64,000 bases of DNA from Eledone cirrhosa (lineage: Eukaryota). Position 1 is the first letter of the stretch. Each line of letters begins with the position of its first letter. Positions 31,399 through 42,585 of this stretch are shown one piece after another. Made by a program: the position numbers and the translations under genes. The notes beneath the pieces were generated by a model. The model was not told the DNA's origin and searched no databases. It was given only the letters and a program-made list of their open reading frames with translations. The stretch spans positions 172,608,001 to 172,672,000 of the forward strand of contig OZ024743.1 in assembly GCA_964016885.1 (NCBI GenBank), read 5' to 3'.

Positions 31399-32637
31399 CC
31401 CTTTAGCATTCGCATTAATTTTCAAACGTCATGCTTATCTGTTCGCATTATTTTGAGTTATCAAGGGCGGTGGATTGGCAGTATCGGTAGAGGGTCGGAC
31501 GCCATGCTTTGCAGCATAGTTACGTCCCTTTACGATCTGAGTTCAAATCCCGCCGAGGTTGACTTTGCCTTTCATCCTTACGGGGTCGATAAAATAAAGT
31601 ACCAGTAATGCACTGGTTAATTGCTGGCCTTGTGCCTAAAGTAGAAACAATTATTTTGAGTTATCAATTTTATTTGTTTGTAACTTTCTTAATTTTCAAT
31701 GTGCAGGCTTGAAATTTTGTCAGTAGATGTTTAAATATCAATAATTTACAATTATATAATTTTACCAGATTTTTTTGGTCAAATTTGACTTTTATGGGCA
31801 GGTGAAATTAATTAATAGGGGGCATTTGAAGTATCAACCAGGTGCAAATACTGGTTTAATTTTAAATACGTTGTTTTCGGCATAATACTTGATATATAAG
31901 AATCACTAAACCTTATATCAGTGTTCCAGTAATTCCACAGTCTTGGAAATTGTTTTATACCGAACATAATATTTACGGTAAAAAAGGCTTGCATTTCCGC
32001 AGCATCTGTCGGTCGCCAAACAGATCGGGTTTTCCTTGATTTGAAATCTGTTGTTGGGCATATCGATTAATCTCTTCTGCCACAACTTCGAAGAAAGTTT
32101 GTGGTAAAAACAGAAAGAAATAACCCAGTGCTTTAGCATCGGGAGCTAATGTGTGTTGTGGACCAGTAATTTAAATAAAATTGGGAACATATATTAGTGT
32201 GGTATTTTTCAACCACACTGCTTCAATGGCGTCCTTGAGACCTCCTTCGTTTTCACTTTCAAAACAATCATCGTCGGACGAAATTTCAGAAATATAAACA
32301 TCAGATTCATTTGAAGATAAATCACTAATATTATCGTTTGTTTCTTGTTTATTCTGAATGTCGTCGTGTGTAAAACCTTCAAAGTCAGTATCACTACTTT
32401 CATAAGCCATGTTGATACAAAGTTAAAAAAACACTTGTTGTTTTAAGTTGTGTCATTATATTAAGTGTTAATTTTCGCGGTAAGAGCCTAATCTCGCAGT
32501 AATCTCGAATTAACGAAATTTTGATGATGGTTTGTTTATTTTTAGAACGATTTTTTAGTGTGGGTGTTTTCAGGCGATTTCGGGCGGTTTGAACAAATGA
32601 AGGAGAAATAATTTTGGGCGGTTTGAACACTAAAGGG
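31399..32637 (-). mobile_element. Internally deleted piggyBac element nested in the hAT
   Basis: Ends CCCTTTAG... / ...CTAAAGGG|TTAA; the left TTAA is not preserved. Acidic N-terminus (32171-32410) and PGBD-type motif MQAFF.VNIMFGIKQFPRLWNYW...YLHLVD. Confidence 0.8.
31465..31649 (+). mobile_element. Full-length tRNA-derived SINE nested in the piggyBac
   Basis: A-box-like tggcagtatcgg and B-box gagttcaaatcc. 18-bp TSD attattttgagttatcaa (31447-31464 / 31650-31667). Confidence 0.92.
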
Positions 32638-35054
32638 TTAAACCACATCCTCTTTAAGTCACTACGTGATGATCAGTTTTGCTTTTCCACACAGAAGTTC
32701 ACTGGCTCTCATGTGGGAGAGCTTTAGCCTATTTCTTTGAACTGTGAGAAGAAATCAAAGCTTTTCTAGAGGAACATAACTATTATCTGCTCAGAGAATT
32801 GGAATCACAAGAATTCAACAAAATGCTAGCTTATTTGACTGATATTTTTGCTTGTATGAATGATCTGAGTATACCTCTTCAAGGAAAAAACATAAACATA
32901 TTGAAATGTTGTGGAAAGATAAAATCTTTCAAAGAAAACTATCTCTTTGGTGTCGACGAGTGAAAAATTTTCCAGAAGAAAGTATCAATGAAAATGAATC
33001 TATAATTCCTAGGGTGTGTGAAGAAATTGTGGCTCATTTAGAAATACTATCAAAGTCGTTTGATGGATATTTTGCAGCAGGAGAACTGAAAACTTCTGAA
33101 GAATGGATTATGAATCCATATCTCTTCAATTTCGATAATATGTTGGATGATGGAGAGCTGAATGAAGATCTTATTGAACTGCGTACAAATTGTATTCTTG
33201 AAATGTAATTTGAAAGCAAGACTTTGGAGGAGTATTGGTGTTCGGCAATGAATATGTTTTCAAGACTTTGTGAAAAAGCACTAGCTGTGCACATTCCATT
33301 TGCGAGGACATACTTATGTGAGTCTGGATTTTGTCCATCAAGACAAAATCTAGAAATCGCTTGAATGCATAGGCAGACATGCGGATTGCTATCAACAACA
33401 AGGTGCCATGTTCTGAAAAATTCATAACCAAGAAACAGGAACAAAAGCGTCATTAAATTTAAATTCACGTATGAATGTTAATTTTTAAACTTTTTATTTT
33501 GTAAATTTCATACATGAATGATAATTTAAATCTTTTTTAAGATTTATTCAAATTTTAATTTGTTATATTTTTTCTTTTCCATATGTTTCATTTTTGTTGA
33601 CATATTATTAAAAAATTAGATTATATAAATTTGTTGCTCGAATTTAGTATTTATTTGTCTTCTTTATACTAAAGTAAATTATTACTTTTTTAAGGAGTGC
33701 AAGAATATATGAAAAGATGTTTAGGGGTGTGGGCATGCAAAAGGTTGGGAAACACTGGTTTAGGAGAACAATCACTCCGATTTCAAAACCAGAGTAGATG
33801 AAACTCCTTAGTTATCTTAGTGACAACCTTTCAAGTGGCCAATGGCTTCATCCTTGTGATGAATGCAAATGAGCTGCAGCTCAGTAGCCAATTTCTGAGT
33901 ATTGGTCAGATAAGGATTTTTTACCCACCAGCAACAATTTTTGGCTGATGAGAATCATGAACATGCAGCATCATATAGACGAGCATGGGAAGAGAGCAGG
34001 CCAGATAGTATCTTTAGTAGTAGACAGAGCATTGTAAAAATTAGCAGTATTAAAGTAATGACTGTAATTTTTAATGTGATATAGTATGGGATTAATGGTC
34101 AGCTTCTTGCTGCCCTGATGTGTCTGAGTATTTGTGTTCAGATAAATGGTGCTAAATCAAAACCATTCAATGTAGAAGTCAGACTCCACCAAGGGTGCAT
34201 ACTGTCACCTATCCTGTACATTATTTACATGAACAGGATTGACATGCACAGCCGGGTTGGAAGTGGTATCATGACTGATGGATATAAAATCAGTTGGCTG
34301 GAATTTGCAGACAACATGTTACTTAACTCGACAGAAGAAGATGTTCAATGTGCACTCGATAGATTTAATGCCGAGTATTGCATGGCTGGAATATAAATCA
34401 GTGCTGTGAAAACTGAGACACTCGTCCTCTCAAGAAAGCCTGTGCAGTGCACTCTTCATGTGAATAGAGTTCCACTAAAGCATGTAGAGAAGTTCAAGTA
34501 TCTCGAGGCCATGTTCATGAGTGATGGCAGGCAGGAGGCTGAACTAAGTGCAAGAATTGCAGGAGCTGGTGAGTAATGTGCCAGCTTCAGCATTCAGTAT
34601 TCAAAAGAAGGGAGGTAGGCATAAAAGCCAAACTCGTTATCTTCAATTTGGTATTCATGCCAACCCTTACCTATGGTCATGAATCTTGGGTAATGATTGA
34701 AAGAATACAATCATGAATACAAGCGGCCGAAATGGGGTTTCTTCGAAGGGTCTTTGGAGTAATGTTATTCAATAGAGTGTGTAGCTCAGAGATCAGAGAG
34801 TCATTCCAAGTAGAGCCACTACTTCTCCAAATTGAGAGATCACAGAGCCAATACTATAGACATGTGGTTAGAATATTTCAAAAAAGAATTGCTGGCAGAT
34901 TTTACGGGCAAGAGACCCAAGGGTAGATCCCAAGCAAGATGGTTGGATAACATCCATGAGCTTGGTTGGTCTCACTCGGGGATCCAACTAAATCAGTTGG
35001 AGACGGCTGCTTGTGACAAGACCTGAGGACTCTGCCCCAACGGAGGATGAGGTC

Positions 35055-35180
35055 AAGAAGAAGAAGAAGAAGAAGAATAAGAAGGAGGAGGAGGAGGAGG
35101 AGGAGGAGGAGGAGGAGAAGGAGGAGGAGGAGAAGGAGGAGGAGAAGAAGAAGAAGATGATGATGATGATGAAGAAGAAG
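35055..35180. repeat. (GAA)/(GAG)/(GAT) trinucleotide tract, likely the tail of the upstream LINE
   Basis: Seen directly. Confidence 0.9.
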
Positions 35181-35293
35181 AGACTTTTTGTGATACAGCC
35201 AAAGTATCATTTTATGTTTTTCAAGAATGTCTTGCTGATATCGTTTTATGCAGTTCAGGACTTAGTTTAAGATATAAAAACTTATGTACCTAC

Positions 35294-35499
35294 CTATGGG
35301 AGTAGTAAAAGCACAGCTCTTCAATGAGAGTGAATACAGCAATTTCTAACAAAACCCACTGAAATGTTGGCAGGTCACCACTAACAGGACATCTTCTCCA
35401 TTTCATAACTAAGCATGTACAAAGACTCATTGGTAGAGCAACAATTGTTTGGTTAAACAAAGCTCTCAGACAAATTTTCTTCAAATCTTTCAGTGAAAG
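35294..35499 (-). CDS. FAXDC2: FAXDC2 internal coding exon
   Basis: ttttttcag| acceptor and |gtaggt donor. Encodes LSLKDLKKICLRALFNQ...DLPTFQWVLLEIAVFTLIEELCFYYSHR, 206 bp, and splices in frame to 29514. Confidence 0.93.
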
Positions 35500-35784
35500 C
35501 TGAAAAAAAGTGAAGAAAGACAGAATAAAGTTAAATTCCTGAACTTATAATATTTTAAAGAACTAATTAAGTGTGAAAGCTAGTTTTAAGCAGGGTGCTT
35601 TTTTTGAGTTGGAGTGATAAAGTATTTGAACAAAGGTCAACTAAATTTGTTATCTAAACATTGTAGGACAAACAACAAAATATGTTGTATTTAGTAATAA
35701 TTATAATGCATAAACAACAATAGTTGCTTTTGTCAAAGCAAGGCCACATGTAAGCATGTTTATAAGATGTATGTGAATATATAT

Positions 35785-37495
35785 ATCATCATCATTTTTA
35801 CACTTGCTTTTTCACACTTACATGGGTTAGATGGGTCCTTTTAAGCACAGCATCTCTCCACTCGCAAAATTCCTTCGTCATTTCCTCTGTGAGTTTCAGC
35901 AATTTGAGATCAGATCTCCCCACCTCCTCCCAGGTCTCCCTTGGTCTGTGACTTGCTCCCACAGGGATTTCCAGTGACCATTATCCACATGCATCACATG
36001 TCCATATCAATGCAGTCTTCTTTCTTGAACAACACTTCTGATTCCTCTTAAACCCACTTTCGCCCTCAATTCATCCAAGCTCTGCTTTTCTCTCACACTT
36101 ACATTGCACATCCAATGAAACATGGTTGCTTCCTTTCTCTTCAGTCTCCACATGTCTTCTGCAGTCACTGCTCATGTTTCATTAGCATGCAGCATCACAC
36201 TTCACACACAGGTATCACACAGTCGTCCTTTTGTGCGTAGGGAGAAACCTTTTGTTGTCAACAGTGGGGGTAACTCTCTAAACTTCTTTCATTCTATCCT
36301 TATTCCAGTTATTATGTTTTCAGAACACCCTCCTCCACTGCTAATAAGGTCACCTAGTTATCAGAAGCTATCAACCAATCTATGAATCCTTCCTGTGATT
36401 GAAAAAGATGTATATCCTTGACACACTTCCCTTTGATTACCCCTGTATATCTTCTACATTTAAAGTTTTCCCTTCCTGTTAGTCTAACTGTTATTCCACT
36501 ACATCTCTTGTGTACCCAGGATTTATATTGTGTACATCGTATAGAGTTTATGCTTACTCTTTTTCTATATACTGAGTAGGGCCACTTCCTTGGGGGATTC
36601 AGTGTCCTATCTTCTTTCCTACTTACTAGCACATTAGTTTTGGCTAAGTTTACTCACAGGCCTTTTGATTCCAAGTTCTGTTTCCATAGTTAGAACTTAT
36701 TCTCTAGTTCTTTTATGGATTCAGCTATAAGGACCAGGGCACCCACATAAAGAAGTTCTCATGGACAGCCAGTCTTAAACTCCTCTTGAATTATGATGAA
36801 TAGCAGTAGGCTAAGAACTAAACCCTGATGGCCTACTACCTGAACCTTGAATTCCTCACTAAACTCACTTCCTATTCTCACTTTACTGACAGCTCCACTG
36901 CACATGACTTGCACAGCTCTCACAAGCCATTCTTCTACATCTAATTTCCTTAAGGACTGCCAGATAATAAATTGAAGTACTCTGCCAAAGGCCTTTTCTA
37001 GATCAACAAAAGCTAAATATAGTGGTTTATTTTAGGCAAGGAATTTCTCTTTTAGTTGTCTCACTAAGATTCTAAATTTTGTTTCCATACTTGGAACTTA
37101 TTTTCTAGGTCTTTTATGCATTCAGCTATAAAGACCAGATCATTTGCATAGAGAAGTTCCCATGGGCTGCCGGTTTTAAACTCCTGTTATCACTTGGAGG
37201 ACTATAATGAATAGTTGTGGGCTAAGAACTGAACCTTGATGAAACTGAAACTTGTACCTTGAATTCCTCACTAAACTCATTTCCTACTCTCACTTTACTG
37301 ACAGCTCCTCTGTACATGACCTGCTCTGCTCTCACCAACCATTCTTCTACACCTAATTTCCTTAAGGACCACCAGAAAATAGATCGAAGTACTCTGTCAA
37401 ATGCTTTTTCCAGATCAACAAAAACTAGGTAGAATGGCTTATTATTGGCTAAGAACTTCTCTTGTAGTTGCCTCACTAAAAAAAGGGCATCTGTA
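35785..37495 (-). pseudogene. Two overlapping decayed RTE LINE fragments
   Basis: RQLQEKFLA..FVDLEKAFDRV occurs twice (~37476-37100 and ~37065-35790). A decayed zinc finger and a (gat)n tail lie at the left end. Confidence 0.85.
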
Positions 37496-37503
37496 ATATA
37501 TCG

Positions 37504-37534
<31 letters not shown>

Positions 37535-37571
37535 TATATATATATATATATATCGTATATATATATATATC

Positions 37572-37628
<57 letters not shown>

Positions 37629-37632
<4 letters not shown>

Positions 37633-37895
37633 AAGGGAAAGCGAAGTAGTTTCAGATGTTCAAGTCCTTTAATAATAATGCTGTGATATATATTTAAGTG
37701 ACGACACTGGCCACACTGTTCTGTGTGCGAGTGTCGTGTCATCATCAGACAGCTTGTTACATAATAAGGGAGCGGATGAAAAACCCCAAAACACGCAATT
37801 CATCCGCTTTTCCTTATTCGATATTTACTCCGTCACTCCTATGTGGAAAAAGTACGTTGAGTGCTTGAATTGAATTGCATCAATGTTTACCCTAA
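37629..37895. mobile_element. Short (TA)n-flanked element with an inverted hammerhead variant and a tail hairpin
   Basis: The minus strand has GCTGT-CTGATGA-long stem II-TAAA-TATATA-TC-ACAGC at 37680-37753 (GAAA changed to TAAA). The plus strand has ACTC-CGT..ACG-TT-GAGT at 37827-37862. Confidence 0.65.
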
Positions 37896-37919
37896 TATAT
37901 ATATATATATATATATATA

Positions 37920-40670
37920 CTAGCAGAAGTGCCCAGCATTGCTTGGAGTTTAATTGCTTTAAAGTACTTTTAATGATTCCACTCAATTATGAATATTGAG
38001 GCATTGAAAGTAAATAGGGGTAAGTTTGAAAATATACAACAATAGCATCTACTCACTATATGCCAGACCGGCAAGACTGTAGTGGTGCTGTATAGAGGAG
38101 TCACAACACCTCTATGTAGACCACATTTTTTGTTCTGCCTTTGGGCGCAAGTATGAATAAGTTCTGCTTGCATCCCACTCTTGAGCATGCGACGTATAAT
38201 TGGCCATGTGAGAAGCACGGCTGGGCTAAATGCAGGCCTGCCGTTGATAGCGTTTGGCCTTGGGACTTGTTGATTGACATCGCGAAGCAAAGTTTAACGG
38301 GGAATTGAAGTCGGCGCAGAGTACAGGGGCATTCCGTACCTGATGGAGTTAATGGTATTCTGGGTATGAAGACATTTTCTCTAGCGCCGCAGCCCGTGAG
38401 AATTGTGGCTTCAATTACATGCAGCAGTAGGTTTCTTACCACTAACCATTGCAGAGACGCGGTGGTTCCAGGTTCCTCAACAGCATGACTGGAGTCCCAA
38501 CTTTGACGCGCAGTCGAGAGAGGTCCAAGGAATTGAGGAATTCTGTTGGAAAATCGTCAACCTCATCTTTGTCCACAGATTTGTAGGTATGGAGGTTTCC
38601 AGGAATGCGTTGCAGAAGGTCCTCATTGATTTTTGCAACTGAGTCATTTTCGGGAGCCAATATGGCTCTATTGCATAGCCAACTCGTGTTTTTGTAGTTG
38701 GTCGCCATATCGGGAAAGACAGAGGCTGTGAGGTCGTCAACAGTGTCGACATCGGTGCCTACTTGCGAGACCGTCATTTCTCCAGCTGCATCTGAAGGTG
38801 CAGTGCCGTCACCAACTGTTAAGAGGTCCTTTGAGAAGTCGGCTGCTGAGTGGTCACCGAGCAGTTGGGCTCTCATGTTTGTTGTGAGGGCCAGGATTGT
38901 CACTTCCTGCCACAGGGGAGATGACTTAATGCAAGCCCCCACAGTGTCGGCCCTGGTGGCTTTTGGAACAACTGGAAGAGTTTGTCGAAAATCGCCAGAC
39001 AGCAGTAGAGGTACTCCTCCCATCGGCCGGTTGCATTCAATGATGTCTCATAGGGTCCTGTCTAACGCCTCAAGGGACCCTTTATGGGCCATTGTGCATT
39101 CGTCCCACACAATTAGGTGGCATCTTTTCAAGACTTCAGCTTTGTCAGAGTCCTTGGTGATGTTGCAGGTTATTGTGTCGTCTGAAGTCGTGTTGAATGA
39201 GCTGTCCTACCTCCGGGCAGCAGAGTTGCGGCAATGCCAGAAGAAGCCACAGCCAGGGCGATTCCTTTCTGCTGTCGCACTTTGGAGAGGAGGAGTTTAT
39301 TGACAAATGTTTTACCAGTTCCTCCTGGGGCGTCCAAAAAGAAGATACCTCCTCTGCGTTGACGAATGGAAGTGCAAACTGTGCCATACGCTTACCATTG
39401 GTCCTGCAACAATTTCGGCTCGTTTTCGTTGATGAACAGTTCGAGGGCGTGGACGTCGTAGGCAGTTTCCTGAATTATGCCCTCTCGGAAGTTTGTCGGA
39501 GCCTGTTCGCTGAACTTTTGGCAGTCCATAGAATGGAAGGTCATTTCCGCCAGCAGTTAGGATTTTGTCCTCGATGTCAATGAGAGCTTTGTTGAAGAAT
39601 TCGTCGTTGAGTCGTACGTCGGAATGAGGGAGTAGCAGTTGTCCTGGTGTATGTAGTCATCGGAAAGGTCCTCTTTGTATTTGTCCCATAAGGATACAGG
39701 GTCGCTTAGCTCGCATGTCTGCAGTAGCACCGCAAAGAGTTGCCAAAGAGTTCGCGCTGAGCGTATTGTAGCTTCCTCCGCCAATGTCGCATCCCACTGA
39801 GCGCCATCTTCCAGTAGACCCCGTCTGAGGCAGGCTGCACGGAATGAAGTACAAAGCCCTCCGTTGATTGTTTTCAGATCGTCGAAAGATGTCGTTCCTA
39901 CCACGTCATGCAGTAGAAGGCGGCGATAAAAGCATTCCTGTTGGTTAGAATGAATGGTGTACACTCTCCCAAGGGTAGGGGACATTTTAATGTCTGGATG
40001 TCTCTCGACGGGTTGTCCTTTCACCCTTATAAACCAAATTCTGTTGTCTGTGTTCCATGTGTAGTATGATGGCACCTGAGAGTAGAAGATGGTCTTGGCG
40101 AAGGGATCGTTTCGGCATAACTTAAAAAATTCCATAAGTGTGGTGTCCTTGGGTTCCTCTGCTATCTCAGCAGCGGTGGAGGCGGTGAAATAGACTCTTT
40201 GACCATTTTCAAGGTGCACCGCCAACTGTTTGATTGGGGCGGTAGTTATGGTGTATTGCAAAGTGGAAGAATCGCCAGAATGCTTCATTGCTGCTGATGT
40301 ATCGGCCGACCTGGTATCGAGTTACTTCGTCTCGGTTGTTCTCCATTGTAAGACCAAAGGATGCAGCATCGGACCCCTTATTGATATACTTGCAGACGTA
40401 TTTTATCGATTTGACGGAGTGGCAGTATTCAACGTTAATGTGGGCATTAAACAATTTAAGCAGAAGTGGGCAGTAGAGTACAATCCACCGGTTGTCGACG
40501 TTGTGATGTGGTGTTTTCGTAACAATTCCTCCTCCGCTAGCTCCCTGCGGTGGTATATGGATAACCGTCGCCACCTGTCCGAGTTTCTCGGAGGAATGGC
40601 CTAGGATACCTCTTGGTGCACCTTCTTTCTTTAATGCATGGATAATTCATGTTGAAACCGTTTCTGCATG
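37920..40670 (-). pseudogene. Decayed autonomous-type Helitron, 3' half (Rep/PIF1 helicase), 5'-truncated
   Basis: HINVEYCHSVKSIKYVCKYINKGSD, LAVHLENGQRVYF, LLSGDFRQTLPVV and QFPVKLCFAMSINKSQGQ...HGQLYVACSRV, with multiple frameshifts. CTAG 3' end at 37920. Confidence 0.92.
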
Positions 40671-41862
40671 GCTTGTGAGGACAGTGCAAACTTTGTACAG
40701 AGGTACTCTCAGTAAAGTCAGGGTAGGAATGGAGTTTAGTGAGGAATTCCAGATACAAGTAGGAGTACATCAAGTTTCGGTCCTCATCCCGCTCTTGTTC
40801 ATTATAGTCCTCCAAGCCATAACAGAGTAGTTTAAGACTGGCTGTCCATGGGAACTTCTCTATGCTGATGATCTGGTTCTTATAGCAGAATCAGTAGAGG
40901 AGCTAGAGAATAAATTCCGGCTATGGAAACAGCAGTTGGAAGCAAGAGGACTGAGAGTAAATCTAGCTAAGACAAAAGTGTTGATGAGTAGAAAAGAGGA
41001 CAAAACCCTGATTCCGTCAGGGAAATGGCCATGTTCGATATGCAGAAAAGGAACTGGCATAAATTCTATAAAATGCACACAATGTAGGTCCTGGGTACAC
41101 AAGAGATGTAGCGGGATAGCAGGCAAACTAACAGGTAGGGAGAAATATGTATGCAGTAGATGTACAGGGAAATTAGACAGTAGAAGTCGCACTGATAGAC
41201 ACATTTTTCAAATGCGAGAGGGCGCTATAGAAGTGGTGGATAGCTTCCGGTACCTAGGAGATCAGATTAGCATGGGAGGAGGGTGTTCCGAGGCCATAGT
41301 ATCTAGAATAAGGACGGGTTGGAAGAAGTTTAGGGAGCTGCTTCCTCTGTTGACGAAGAAGGGTTTCTCCCTGCGTACGAAAGGCCGGTTGTATGATGCC
41401 TGTGTGAGGAGCGCGATGCTGCATGGTAGTGAGACATGGGCAGCAACAGCAGAAGATATGCGACGGCTGGAGAGAAATGAGGCAAGCATGCTCCGTTGGA
41501 TGTGCAGTGTAAATGTGCGTGAACGACCCAGCATAAATGTGTTGAGAGAGAAACTGTGTCTGAGAGGGATAGAATGTAGTGTACGGGAGTGGAGACTGAG
41601 GTGGTATGGACATGTGATGCGCATGGAGGATGACCGATGGGTGAAGAAGTGCCAGGAAATGCCAGTTGAAGGAAGACGTGGTAGAGGTAGACCACGAAAA
41701 ACATGGGCGGAGGTGGTGAGAACAGACCTCAGATCATTGAAGCTCACGGTGGAGATGACGAGGGACTGTGACGAGTGGAGAGATGCTGTGCTGAATAAGA
41801 CCCGTCCCACCCTTGCAAGCAGGGAAAAGCGGACGTAAAATGATGATGATGATGATGATGAT
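40668..41862 (+). mobile_element. 5'-truncated RTE LINE (RT C-terminal half) with a (gat)n tail
   Basis: GVHQ..LLFIIVLQ, WELLYADDLVL, ORF 40936-41838 and a (gat)n tail. Confidence 0.92.
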
Positions 41863-41902
41863 GACAATATATATATATATATATATACAATATATATATA
41901 TA

Positions 41903-42585
41903 TCGTGCTCGGTATGTAGGAAAGGCGTAGGTAGAAACTCCATCTTATGTCCTAAATGCAAAGTATGGGTGCATAAAAGATGTAGTGGGATCACAGGTAA
42001 GCTAACTAAGAACATAGATTTTACATGTGGCCGGTGTTCTGGTGCAATAAGTAGCAGCAAGTACCCACAAAATACTAGCTCTTTCAATTGCGCAGAGGGT
42101 TCTATAGAAATAGTGGACAGCTTCCGTTACCTGGGCGATAAAATCAGCAGTGGGGGAGGGTGCTCTGAAAGTACTGTAGCTAGAGTCAGAACTGGTTGGA
42201 AAAAGTTCAGAGAGCTTATACCACTATTAGCTGCTAAAGGGTTCTCCCTAAAAATGAAAGGCAGGTTGTACGATGCCTGCATACGAACAGCAATGCTGCA
42301 TGGCAGTGAGACCTGGGCATTGTGTGCAGAGGATATACGCAGACTAGAGAGGAACGAAGCTTGCATGCTCCGCTGGATGTGTAACAGTAATATACGTGAA
42401 CGGCAAAGCATAAACGAACTAAGGAAAAAATTAGAGATAAGAGGGATCAGATGTTGTTTACTCGAGAGAAGGCTGCGTTGGTATGGACACGTGATGCGCA
42501 TGAAAGTCGATAGCTGTATTACAAAGTGCAGGGCAATAAAGATAGACGGTAGCCACGGAATAGGCAGACCTAGAAAAACATGGGA
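41903..42585 (+). mobile_element. Internal RTE fragment nearly identical to 45003-45685, directly upstream of the full-length copy
   Basis: Only a handful of substitutions were seen over ~680 bp. Confidence 0.9.

Larger units (their letters stand above)
30272..33757 (+). mobile_element. Decayed hAT DNA transposon (Charlie/Buster, ZBED8/SCAND3-like transposase)
   Basis: TIRs CAGGGTTTCACAACCT / CAGTGTTTCCCAACCT. 8-bp TSD gtctagga / gtttagga. Transposase motifs ASYQVAYKVAK..HTIEEELIKP, VCTDGTPAM, HCFLHRHAL and TYLCESGF. Confidence 0.92.
30040..35030 (+). pseudogene. Decayed, internally deleted RTE-type LINE split by the hAT insertion
   Basis: The 5' region is interrupted at gtctagga|. RT and C-terminal fragments lie at 34080-35026 (LHQGCILSPILYIIYM, LEFADN, LTYGHESW, GKRPKGRSQARWLD). 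Confidence 0.7.

Noticed and set aside
31465-31560. tRNA gene
   Set aside because: The A/B boxes belong to a SINE head with a TSD, and there is no full cloverleaf.
35013-35270. Poly-Glu/Lys ORF and its antisense poly-Leu ORF
   Set aside because: They arise from a trinucleotide repeat tract.
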